From contig JABLTJ010000059.1 in assembly GCA_013166775.1 (NCBI GenBank), forward strand, positions 1 through 10,130: DNA of 10,130 bases. Direction: 5' to 3'. The stretch is from Promethearchaeati archaeon (GTDB lineage Archaea > Asgardarchaeota > Heimdallarchaeia > Heimdallarchaeales > Heimdallarchaeaceae). Shown piece after piece: positions 1 to 7,797 of the stretch (position 1 is the first letter of the stretch; every line of letters begins with the position of its first letter). The notes below the pieces were generated by a model. It was not told the origin of the DNA. It did no database searches and saw only the letters and a program-made list of their open reading frames with translations. Made by a program: the position numbers and the translations under genes.

Positions 1-2
1 GT

Positions 3-401
3 TCGATTGGTGCAGATCATGTCATTGATTACACCAAAGAAAATTTCACCAAAAGTGATCTACGTTATGATTTGATTTTTGATATTGCAGTAACTCACTC
101 AATTTCAGATTATAAACGGGCATTAAATCCCAAAGGAGCTTACATTGCGTGCGGATATAACCCGACCTCTCTATTCCTAGGTCCTTTGATTTCAATATTT
201 GGAAGAAAAAAGGTGAAATCATACATGGCAAAAATAAATACTAAGGATCTGACTTTTATGAAAGAGATTATTGAATCTGGTAAGGTCAAACCTGTTATAG
301 ACAAGCGTTACCCGTTAAGTAAGGTTCCTGAAGCAATCCTATATTATGAAGAAAAACACACTCAAGGAAAGATTGCTATAACTGTGGTTGAAAAATCATG
401 A
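3..401 (+). CDS. NAD(P)-dependent MDR-family oxidoreductase (quinone-reductase/alcohol-dehydrogenase-like), 5'-truncated by the window edge
   Basis: The frame is open from base 3 ([27 protein letters not shown]...), so the TTG at 72 is not the true start. The C-terminus [34 protein letters not shown] is typical of MDR/ADH_zinc_N_2 proteins and is clearly paralogous to the next gene. The TGA stop overlaps the next ATG (ATGA, 398-401). Confidence 0.9.
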   Translation, partial: SIGADHVIDYTKENFTKSDLRYDLIFDIAVTHSISDYKRALNPKGAYIACGYNPTSLFLGPLISIFGRKKVKSYMAKINTKDLTFMKEIIESGKVKPVIDKRYPLSKVPEAILYYEEKHTQGKIAITVVEKS

Positions 402-1306
402 AAGCAATAATTCAAACAAAATCGGGTCCACCAGAGGTTCTTCAGCTCAAAGAGATTGAAAAACCTGTTCCCAAGGATAATGAAGTTCTGATTAGAATAT
501 ATGCAGCATCAGTAACAATAGGTGATGCATTGTTTAGAAACCTCCCATTCATAATGAGAATTCTTTTTCCAATATTTGGATATAAAATGAAAAAAATTCC
601 TGGACATGAATTAGCTGGGGAGGTGGAAGAAGTAGGTAAAGATGTAACACTGTTTAAGAAAGGCGATCAAGTTTTCGGAACAACTTCAGGATTGAGTACT
701 GGTTCCTGTGCTGAATACATATGTCTATCCGAAGAGCGAAAGAAAGGCGTGCTCGCACTTAAACCAACCAACATGACTTATGAGGAAGCAGCCACTGTAC
801 CTATCGGGGGAATGACTGCACTGGAAATACTAAGCAAAGCAAACATCCAGAAAGGACAAAAAGTCTTGATTTTTGGAGCTTCTGGAAGTGTTGGTACTTT
901 TGCAGTTCAGCTTGCCAAATACTTTGGTGCAGAAGTTACTGGTGTATGCAGCACCTCGAATTTAGAATTAGTGAAATCTTTAGGGGCTGATAAGGTAATA
1001 GATTATACTAAGGAAGATTTTACTGAAAAAGGTCAAATTTATGATGTTGTCTTTGATGCCGTTCGTAAACTATCAAAATCACATGGAAAAGAAGCGTTAA
1101 AGAAAGACGGAACCTATCTTTCTGCTAGCGATTCAACAAATGAAACAAATGAAAAACTAATTTTCCTCAGACAACTTATTGAAACAGGAAACCTAAAATC
1201 AGCTATAGATAGAAGTTATCCGTTAGAGGAAATCGTAGAAGCTCATCGTTATGTTGACAAAGGACATAAAAAAGGGAATGTAGTTATAACTTTAGACCAT
1301 CTTTAG
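398..1306 (+). CDS. NAD(P)-dependent MDR-family oxidoreductase (probably zinc-independent, quinone-oxidoreductase-like)
   Basis: 302 aa with [42 protein letters not shown], Rossmann motif [15 protein letters not shown] and C-terminal GHKKGNVVI. It lacks the four-Cys structural zinc loop of classical ADHs. Ends in TAG. Confidence 0.92.
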   Translation: MKAIIQTKSGPPEVLQLKEIEKPVPKDNEVLIRIYAASVTIGDALFRNLPFIMRILFPIFGYKMKKIPGHELAGEVEEVGKDVTLFKKGDQVFGTTSGLSTGSCAEYICLSEERKKGVLALKPTNMTYEEAATVPIGGMTALEILSKANIQKGQKVLIFGASGSVGTFAVQLAKYFGAEVTGVCSTSNLELVKSLGADKVIDYTKEDFTEKGQIYDVVFDAVRKLSKSHGKEALKKDGTYLSASDSTNETNEKLIFLRQLIETGNLKSAIDRSYPLEEIVEAHRYVDKGHKKGNVVITLDHL

Positions 1307-1339
1307 ATGAAAAATATATGAAAATACTTTGTAAACACT

Positions 1340-1344
1340 GGTGA
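1340..1344 (+). promoter_or_regulatory. Shine-Dalgarno-like GGTGA upstream of rhodanese 1
   Basis: GGTGA lies 7 nt before ATG 1352. Similar GGTG motifs precede the starts at 3135, 5051, 6042, ~7760 and 8216. Confidence 0.6.
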
Positions 1345-1351
1345 CTTTTGA

Positions 1352-1786
1352 ATGAATAAAAAATTGTTGTGGAGATTCAGATTTATACATATGGTAGATA
1401 CCTTCATGAAAATAGGTGTAAATAGAGTCAGAATCGGTGAGTGGCCTGTCCCGGAAATTACACCTGATGAGTTAAATGAGCAAATAAATACGAATCAGTC
1501 TCCACTATTACTTTATGTTCTCAGAATTTATGGAGAAGAGGGATTAATTCCAAATGCTAAGACTATCCCTACTATGAAACTAGTATCTTATTTAGATCGT
1601 CTTCAACCATATAAAGAAAAGAAAATAGTAACAGTATGTGGTGGTGGGGGAATGTCTTTGGTTGCTGCAGATATTTTGATTCAAGCAGGTTTTAAAGATG
1701 TCAAAAGCTTAAATGGTGGCATGGAATTGTGGAAAAAACGCGGATATCCTACAACCAAACCTTGGGAACAAGCTAAAATGAATTAA
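1352..1786 (+). CDS. Single-domain rhodanese-like protein (copy 1, divergent)
   Basis: EITPDEL, IPNAKTI, active-site loop IVTVCGGGGMS, AGFKDVKSLNGGMELWKKRGYP. The usual DVR and GHIP motifs read YVL and GLIP here. Confidence 0.88.
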   Translation: MNKKLLWRFRFIHMVDTFMKIGVNRVRIGEWPVPEITPDELNEQINTNQSPLLLYVLRIYGEEGLIPNAKTIPTMKLVSYLDRLQPYKEKKIVTVCGGGGMSLVAADILIQAGFKDVKSLNGGMELWKKRGYPTTKPWEQAKMN

Positions 1787-1803
1787 GTTTTATAAGATAG
1801 ATA

Positions 1804-1820
1804 AAATAATCGAGATAAAG
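1804..1820 (+). repeat. 17-bp direct repeat AAATAATCGAGATAAAG, copy 1 (3' of rhodanese 1)
   Basis: Identical to 3604..3620 and embedded in a longer similar segment that starts in the last codons of the gene (AAATGAATTAA...TTATAA). Confidence 0.9.
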
Positions 1821-1900
1821 GAATTTATTGATGACTGTGTCGATACTAGCTATTCTAAGATAATTGTACATCAGATTCTGGTTTTTGTTATCCGTAAGCA

Positions 1901-1918
1901 ATAACTCTTATAATTTTA
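1901..1918 (+). promoter_or_regulatory. Candidate archaeal TATA box for the SnoaL-like gene
   Basis: CTTATAAT at 1907-1914, preceded by an A-rich stretch, about 30 nt before ATG 1945. Confidence 0.35.
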
Positions 1919-1944
1919 GTAGAGAGTAATGAGTTGTGATTAAA

Positions 1945-2400
1945 ATGTCCTTGGAAGTAAATAAGGCAATTATTCGTAAATTAAATAATGTCTATAATAC
2001 ACAAAATTGGGATTTATTAAACGATTTAGTGGCAATAGATTATATTGATCACACCAATAAAATACAAGGTCGGGAACCCCTCAAAACCCTCATGAAGATG
2101 GGTAAGCTGGCCTTCCCTGATTGGCATGAAACTATTGAAGATATCATTGCTGAAGGGGATAAGGTGTGGGTTTTTCTAACGTATACAGCGACCCATACTG
2201 GTGAATGGTTTGGAGTAGCTCCTACTGGCAACAAGATGGAAACTACTTCTGTTGACGTCCATCGCATAGTTAATGGGAAAGTTGCAGAGTATTGGAACGT
2301 CACAAACAATCTGAATATGTTCACAGCATTAGGTCTTGTTAAAAACACAGAAGAAGGAGAGAAATTCTTCAAGAAATTCATACTTGAAGATGTTAAGTAA
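1945..2400 (+). CDS. SnoaL-like ester cyclase / NTF2-fold protein
   Basis: MSLEVNKAIIRK, AFPDWHETIEDIIAEGDKVWV, THTGEWFGVAPTGNK and RIVNGKVAEYW are characteristic of the SnoaL-like polyketide cyclase family. ATG 1945 is preferred over GTG 1936, which falls in an SD-like GTGA. Confidence 0.9.
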   Translation: MSLEVNKAIIRKLNNVYNTQNWDLLNDLVAIDYIDHTNKIQGREPLKTLMKMGKLAFPDWHETIEDIIAEGDKVWVFLTYTATHTGEWFGVAPTGNKMETTSVDVHRIVNGKVAEYWNVTNNLNMFTALGLVKNTEEGEKFFKKFILEDVK

Positions 2401-2446
2401 CTGCTTTAGCAAATATTTCAGTAATTCTTTTACAGTTTATTTAGTT

Positions 2447-2977
2447 TTAAAATGACGAATGGCATTCCTCTCGTATAGGACATGTTGGACATTTTACCTT
2501 TATCATATAGATATAATTTCCCACCACAGCAAGTATGAAGGCAACTAATGCTATTATAGCAAGATAATTGAAATTCCTAAAGAACGAAGTGATAATTAGG
2601 ATTACAGGTAAAATCCATACTACGAACATTACCCAGGCCCAATGTTTTTGACCTACATGCTTGTGTAAGAGCGTTTTACTCCACTTATCTATAGTCATTA
2701 GCTTCACTGTAGGTTTTTCTTTCTCTTCATCTGTTGGGGTTTCCTTAGCTTTGAAATAACAGTATCTGCACATCGTAAATGGCATAACCAAGAAGTAAAA
2801 CAAAATAGAATATATTACATACGCCACAGCAGCCCATCTATGAAGATAATATGATCCCCAAGTGCCAAGAGCTATTATAACTAAAATAATGAAAACAGGT
2901 AGAGGTTTATAGAAGGGACACTTTGGATATATCCCCAAAAAATATATTTTGGACTTCTTTTCTTCTGTCATTTTCAT
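2447..2977 (-). CDS. Hypothetical four-TM membrane protein with CxxC motifs
   Basis: 176 aa with two pairs of hydrophobic segments (LPVFIILVIIALGTWG / AAVAYVIYSILFYFLVMPF and WAWVMFVVWILPVILIITSFF / YLAIIALVAFILAVVGNYIYMI). CRYC follows the first pair and CPTCPIREECH follows the second. Confidence 0.8.
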   Translation of the reverse strand: MKMTEEKKSKIYFLGIYPKCPFYKPLPVFIILVIIALGTWGSYYLHRWAAVAYVIYSILFYFLVMPFTMCRYCYFKAKETPTDEEKEKPTVKLMTIDKWSKTLLHKHVGQKHWAWVMFVVWILPVILIITSFFRNFNYLAIIALVAFILAVVGNYIYMIKVKCPTCPIREECHSSF

Positions 2978-3049
2978 TCACAACCAGATTTGCCTAGCTA
3001 GTTATTTATCCTTAAAAAGTTATTCTCTCTAGAGTTGATGATATCGTAT

Positions 3050-3067
3050 TTTACTTAGATAAGTAAA
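3050..3067. promoter_or_regulatory. Inverted repeat TTTACTTA-GA-TAAGTAAA, candidate operator in a divergent intergenic region
   Basis: Perfect 8-bp arms with a 2-nt spacer, between the divergent starts at 2977 (-) and 3135 (+), immediately followed by TATAATTTTAAA. Confidence 0.4.
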
Positions 3068-3134
3068 TATAATTTTAAACTAGATATAGATGAAATTTGT
3101 TAGAGTTTAAATTGAAATCATTGGTGTTTAAGAA

Positions 3135-3587
3135 ATGGATGAATCTTATCGAAATAATCCTTCCGTAATGAGTTATTATGTTAGAAGCGTGGTAAGATAT
3201 TGGCAAATCATGTTTAAAATAATATTAAACAGATCTGTATGGTCAGAAATTACTGTTGATGACTTACTTGAACGCATAAATTCTAACCGACCACCGTTAA
3301 TACTCGACATACGAACTATTCAGGAATTTAACGGAGTTGATGGACACATTCCATATGCTAAGTCAATCGCCCTTTCGAAAATAAAATCCAATTTAAAGGC
3401 TCTTCAAACATTTAAAGAAAAAGAAATTGTCACTGTCTGCCCTGGAGGAGGATTATCTTTGGCAGCTGTTGATATTTTAGTTAAAGTAGGTTTTAATAAT
3501 GCCAAGAGCTTACATGGGGGCATGGATTTGTGGTCCCAAAAAGAGTATCCCGTCACTAAATCTCAGAATCAAGTTGAAATGAATTAA
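3135..3587 (+). CDS. Single-domain rhodanese-like protein (copy 2)
   Basis: LILDIRTIQEFNGVDGHIPYAKSI, active-site loop IVTVCPGGGLS, GFNNAKSLHGGMDLW..KEYP. Paralog of 1352..1786. Confidence 0.92.
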   Translation: MDESYRNNPSVMSYYVRSVVRYWQIMFKIILNRSVWSEITVDDLLERINSNRPPLILDIRTIQEFNGVDGHIPYAKSIALSKIKSNLKALQTFKEKEIVTVCPGGGLSLAAVDILVKVGFNNAKSLHGGMDLWSQKEYPVTKSQNQVEMN

Positions 3588-3603
3588 TTATTATAAACTA
3601 ACT

Positions 3604-3620
3604 AAATAATCGAGATAAAG
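3604..3620 (+). repeat. 17-bp direct repeat AAATAATCGAGATAAAG, copy 2 (3' of rhodanese 2)
   Basis: Identical to 1804..1820. Confidence 0.9.
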
Positions 3621-3640
3621 CAATCATTGAAGGAATAAAA

Positions 3641-4123
3641 TTGAATGAAGATGTTTTGACACAAAAGAAATCTCTATTGATTGTGTTTTCATATCATCAC
3701 AAAAATACTGAGAAAATCGCTAACGTTATCGCAAAAGTTCTTGAAGCAGAGATAAAAATACCACAACAAGTTAACCTTGAAGAGCTTCAAGAGTATAGTC
3801 TAATAGGTTTTGGCTCAGGGATATATAGTGAAAAACACCATAAAACAATACTTGATCTAGTTGATAACTTACCGCAAACCACCAACAAGAAAGCATTCAT
3901 TTTCTCAACTAGTGCAATGATTGACAATACAACTAAACACAAAACACTTAGAAAAAAACTAGGGTCTAAAGGTTACAAGATTGTTGACGAATTTAGTTGT
4001 AAAGGTTTTAACACTAACAGCTTCATGAAATATTTTGGGGGAATGAACAAGGGTAGACCTAATGAGAAAGACCTTAAACATGCAGAAGAGTTTGCTCTGG
4101 GGTTAAAGCAGTATTGTGAATAA
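3641..4123 (+). CDS. Flavodoxin family protein
   Basis: FMN phosphate loop SYHHKNTEKIA, LIGFGSGIY, AFIFSTS, FSCKG and GRPNEKDLKHAEEFA. The start is a TTG and its exact position is uncertain. Confidence 0.88.
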   Translation: MNEDVLTQKKSLLIVFSYHHKNTEKIANVIAKVLEAEIKIPQQVNLEELQEYSLIGFGSGIYSEKHHKTILDLVDNLPQTTNKKAFIFSTSAMIDNTTKHKTLRKKLGSKGYKIVDEFSCKGFNTNSFMKYFGGMNKGRPNEKDLKHAEEFALGLKQYCE

Positions 4124-4151
4124 TATATATCAAAGTAGAAATTGTTGGAAG

Positions 4152-5051
4152 TTATTTTTTGTAATATTTCTTAGCTTCTTCTTCTTTTCCAGGTTCAAAA
4201 TTATCCCAGAATTCCTTTGGCGGATGACACAAATCATAATCGATACGAGTATCATGTAATACTCGAGAGCAATAACCGTCTCCTTGAATTATTGTGTGCT
4301 CCATTGTTAGAATGATATTTTCATTGGTTGTTCCTCTGAATTTCTGATAGTCACCATAACAAGCAACAAGGTATTTGAGTTCAACATCTGGGAGATCTAC
4401 CATTACATCATGTAATGTTGGGCAATTCTTGTTTTTGAAAGCATATTTCCCATCATCCAACATAGTGTGAACCAAAACCCACTCAGAGGAGGTGGTATCT
4501 CCTGAGGTGCGATCTTCAAATCTTTTTTTAAGACTAATGAAATCACCTCTTGAAGTAGGAGGATGTTCTAAATAATAATTGGTTATGTAGTGCTTGAACA
4601 ATTTCACAGATTCTTCTCTATCAATAGTTTCAGTCAAAGTTTGCAAGAAGTAATAACTATGGTATACCCACGCTTGTATTTGCGTTTTTCTGGTTAATTT
4701 AATTTCAAGTTTTTCTAAAAAGTTTTTCTCTTTTATTTGCTAGAGATGAAAGAAGTAATTGAGTGAAGTTTTGATTAAATCCGGATATTGATTCAGATAT
4801 TTGTATTTGGCAATTATTGTTTTGATTTCTTTAGAAGGGATCTCAAACAAATCATCTTCCGTTAACCCTTGATATTTCTTAACAAGATTAGCAACATATT
4901 CTGTTATTATCTCTGGTTTTTCTTTAGATAAAAATCCGATAAAGCAATCGAGCTTTTCCATATACATAATCTCAATATTTTCTAGCGGTTTAAAATCAAC
5001 AATTCGCTCTAAATAACTCTCTGGATATGTTCCAGTTTGTGTAAATTTCAT
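4152..5051 (-). CDS. L-2-amino-thiazoline-4-carboxylic acid (ATC) hydrolase-like family protein interrupted by one in-frame TAG at 4740-4742 (nonsense allele, sequencing error or recoded stop)
   Basis: ORFs 4740..5060 and 4152..4646 share a frame. The 93 nt between them translate without stops (QIKEKNFLEKLEIKLTRKTQIQAWVYHSYYF). The C-terminal NCP...ACYGD...LTMEHTIIQGDGYC pattern resembles the PF14196 family (recognised by eye). ATG 5051 follows an SD-like AGGTGG. Confidence 0.7.
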
Positions 5052-5076
5052 TTTTTCCACCTATTTGTTAATTCTG

Positions 5077-6042
5077 TTATTCTTCTGGTCTAATTCTATC
5101 AAACCATTCCCAATTCAATTCAAGATTCTTGGAAATGGTATTTAATCGAGAGATTTCATCTATTGACATTTTCCATTTTGTAGCATGAATATTGCTTTCT
5201 ATTTGGCTTCTTTTCTTTGCTCCCGGAATCGGGATAACCTCTTTTTCTTTTAATGTCCAATTAATAGCTACTTCAGCAGGAGAAACATCGTGACTCTTAG
5301 CTATTTCTCTCAATGCTGTAAATAATTCTCGTGCTCTTTCAAAATTCTCTTTGTGTCTGAAAAGTTCATAACCATTACGAAAATCTTTCTCGGGAAATGT
5401 TGAGTTTTCATCATACTTCGTTGTCAAAAATCCACTTGATAATGGACAATACGTTACGGGAACAATCCCTTCTTTTTTAAGAAATGGAAGAATTTCTTTC
5501 TCAATATCTCTTACAATAAGATTGTATTCTACTTCATTAAGAATTATCTCACCGTTTTCTAAACAATCATTTGCTTCCTTTACTAGAGCGTTCTGATAAT
5601 TTGAGACACCTATATAACGTATTTTTCCTTCAGCTAAAAGCTCATCCATTGCCTTCATTGTTTCAGAAATGGGAGAATAGCACCAAGGCCAATGACATAA
5701 GTATACATCTATGTAATCCGTTTGTAATTTCTTTAAACTGTTATTGGCTGCTTTTATGACATTTTTATAACTTAAATGATGATGAGAAACTTTAGTAACA
5801 ATAATTGTTTCTTCTCGATCTCCTCGATCCTTAAGTACATTACCAATATGTTCCTCTGTCAAACCACCAGCGTATTCCTCAGCAGTATCAATTAAATTGA
5901 TACCACTATCTAATGCGTAATTCAAGCAATCGTAGATTTGTTTCTTATCTTGTATGCCTTTAAATCGATGACCGAAAGCAAGTGTTCCTAAACCTATTCG
6001 AGATACTTTTAAATCAGATTTTCCTAGGTTAACTTTTTCCAA
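5077..6042 (-). CDS. Aldo/keto reductase
   Basis: LGKSDLKVSRIGLGT, catalytic tetrad motifs IDTAEEY (Asp, Tyr), VTKV (Lys) and YLCHWP (His), GKIRYIGVSN, PIPGAK. TTG start with GGTGG at 6051-6055. Confidence 0.95.
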   Translation of the reverse strand: MEKVNLGKSDLKVSRIGLGTLAFGHRFKGIQDKKQIYDCLNYALDSGINLIDTAEEYAGGLTEEHIGNVLKDRGDREETIIVTKVSHHHLSYKNVIKAANNSLKKLQTDYIDVYLCHWPWCYSPISETMKAMDELLAEGKIRYIGVSNYQNALVKEANDCLENGEIILNEVEYNLIVRDIEKEILPFLKKEGIVPVTYCPLSSGFLTTKYDENSTFPEKDFRNGYELFRHKENFERARELFTALREIAKSHDVSPAEVAINWTLKEKEVIPIPGAKKRSQIESNIHATKWKMSIDEISRLNTISKNLELNWEWFDRIRPEE

Positions 6043-6147
6043 TTAATTTACCACCATTAATGAACGAATTGTTTTGAAAATATGGATAAAAATATCTCAA
6101 AATTGTGCTTTTAAATCTATTATAGCTCTAGTTTTTGTTTTTAATTG

Positions 6148-6172
6148 AGAAAAAAATGAATTAAAGAAAGAA
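6148..6172 (-). terminator. Candidate archaeal oligo-T terminator after the amidohydrolase
   Basis: The minus strand reads TTCTTTCTTTAATTCATTTTTTTCT just after the TAA at 6177. Confidence 0.35.
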
Positions 6173-6176
6173 TAAC

Positions 6177-7766
6177 TTACTTCTTTCTTTTTCTTGGTAA
6201 CAAAATAAACGTTAGAATTAGTATAGAGCTAATTAGTGGATTGAGTGGACCTGTTAAATCTGTTTGAGAGTAAATTTCGGGGAAACTAGTATCTGCTATT
6301 TGGTATTCTATATTACCTCCTATCATGGTAAGCATAACTTCTATATCCTTAATATCATCTACTAGACAAGTTAAAGGATCGTCTGTTAATACTATCAAAT
6401 CTGCGAATTTGCCTATATCTAATGTACCTAGATAATCTTCTTGTTTAACTGCATATGCGCCTTCATAAGTCATTAACTTAAGTGCTTGCTCTCGAGTTAA
6501 AAGAAATTCAGCAACCCAAGGATCAGGTTCATGAATTGTTCCGTTCTCATCTATTGCTTTTTTAGTTACCATACTCCACATGTGTAAAAATGGCCTAATA
6601 TTGGATATACTCGATAAATCCTCTGAATCATAGTATTCCCATCGGAAATCCGTTTCCATGTATGCATGGACTCCTTCATCTGGAAGCGAGTACCTGTTGA
6701 TATTCCATCCTTCCCACTCATCAGGATAAGCTTCTTGGTAAATATCTTGCCAATATGTTGGGTAATATCCACAAACGGAATGTAATGAATGAAGAGTTTT
6801 AGCTTTAGGTATAAGATCATCACGTAAGAAACTATTATGCTCAAGTTGGTGTCGGTAATTATCATTAGTTTCACCATCTACAGCATATTCAATGGCATTT
6901 AGAACCGTCTCAATAGCACGATCTCCCATGGAATGAAATGCACAGATGAAACCTTTGTCTTGAATGACTTTTACAGTATCATTCAAAGTAGTTTGATTGA
7001 AGTATAATTCCCCATAAGGATCTTTACCACCCCATGCATCGTACAAGTCTTGTGGATAAGACATAGACATAGCAGGTAAACCTCGATTGCCCCAAACACC
7101 ATCCGCAAAAATTTTGATTCCTGGAACGCGAACTTTTTTGTCATGGTCTAGTATAGGATCATTGGTGGGCCAGAAATTTTCCACTACAATCGTTTGATTA
7201 TTTTCATCTAAATAAGATAGATTATGAATTGGAAAGAAGTTCAATCGTGTTCGTAAAATACCATCAAATTCAGCTAGTTGAAAAGGTAAAATGAATTCAT
7301 TGTAGCTATTAGCTATCTTTTCATTGAGGGTAGTGTATCCATAAGATAGCTGAATCTCTTGAGCTTCAACCAAGGTCATAGTTCCACCCCAAATCATAGA
7401 ACCCATCAAGTGCGTGTGTCCATCTATTATGCCAGGCATTATTGTTCTTCCTTCCATATCAAAGGTAGTATCGTCTGTCGTTTCATAGAGTGCAAGAATC
7501 TCACTAGTTGAACCAATATCAATAATCGTTTCATTGCAGATTGCTATTGCTTCAGCAATAGGGTTTGTGTTATTTATAGTAATGATATTGCTGTTCAAGA
7601 ATATATAGTCAACAGAAGTTCGTGGAGATGCACTAGTCGAGAAAGTTACGGAATTACTGATACTCGATAAAAAAAACATTAAAAAAAATAAAACAAGGAT
7701 AGATCTTGAAATCACGTTATATTTATATGACTTCTTTATTAGTTTACAAAGAGTCATCATTATCAT
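6177..7766 (-). CDS. Secreted, C-terminally anchored YtcJ-like metal-dependent amidohydrolase (Amidohydro_3)
   Basis: DMEGRTIMPGIIDGHTH (HxH), KIFADG, FHSMGDRA, QLEHN and GTLDIGKFADLIVLTDDP. N-terminal basic + hydrophobic signal/TM segment and C-terminal hydrophobic helix ending PRKRKK. GTG 7772 lies inside an SD-like AGGTG, so the start is more likely ATG 7766, 7760 or 7757. Confidence 0.9.
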   Translation of the reverse strand: MIMMTLCKLIKKSYKYNVISRSILVLFFLMFFLSSISNSVTFSTSASPRTSVDYIFLNSNIITINNTNPIAEAIAICNETIIDIGSTSEILALYETTDDTTFDMEGRTIMPGIIDGHTHLMGSMIWGGTMTLVEAQEIQLSYGYTTLNEKIANSYNEFILPFQLAEFDGILRTRLNFFPIHNLSYLDENNQTIVVENFWPTNDPILDHDKKVRVPGIKIFADGVWGNRGLPAMSMSYPQDLYDAWGGKDPYGELYFNQTTLNDTVKVIQDKGFICAFHSMGDRAIETVLNAIEYAVDGETNDNYRHQLEHNSFLRDDLIPKAKTLHSLHSVCGYYPTYWQDIYQEAYPDEWEGWNINRYSLPDEGVHAYMETDFRWEYYDSEDLSSISNIRPFLHMWSMVTKKAIDENGTIHEPDPWVAEFLLTREQALKLMTYEGAYAVKQEDYLGTLDIGKFADLIVLTDDPLTCLVDDIKDIEVMLTMIGGNIEYQIADTSFPEIYSQTDLTGPLNPLISSILILTFILLPRKRKK

Positions 7767-7797
7767 ATACACCTAATCAGAATCCATTCTCAAATAT

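Noticed and set aside
46-231. 61-aa minus-strand ORF
   Set aside because: Antisense to a well-supported MDR gene, with no motifs.
2049-2381. 110-aa minus-strand ORF
   Set aside because: Antisense shadow of the SnoaL-like gene.
1804-3620. The 17-bp repeats as a CRISPR array or integron attC sites
   Set aside because: Only two copies 1800 bp apart, no spacer periodicity, no attC-like dyad or GTTRRRY core, and no cas or integrase gene.
4684-4729. Three GTTTTTCT copies just downstream of the amber codon, considered as a PYLIS-like or slippage signal
   Set aside because: Explained by Glu/Lys/Arg-rich codons. The stretch is AT-rich with no stable hairpin, and no frameshift is needed.
4152-5060. 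Two independent genes as listed in the ORF track
   Set aside because: They share a frame, the gap is stop-free and the internal TTG lacks an SD, so one interrupted gene is the better explanation.
5571-5759. 62-aa plus-strand ORF
   Set aside because: Antisense within the AKR gene, with no recognisable features.
6566-6877. 103-aa minus-strand ORF in an alternative frame
   Set aside because: Nested in the amidohydrolase, whose main frame has continuous family motifs, so there is no need to invoke a frameshift.
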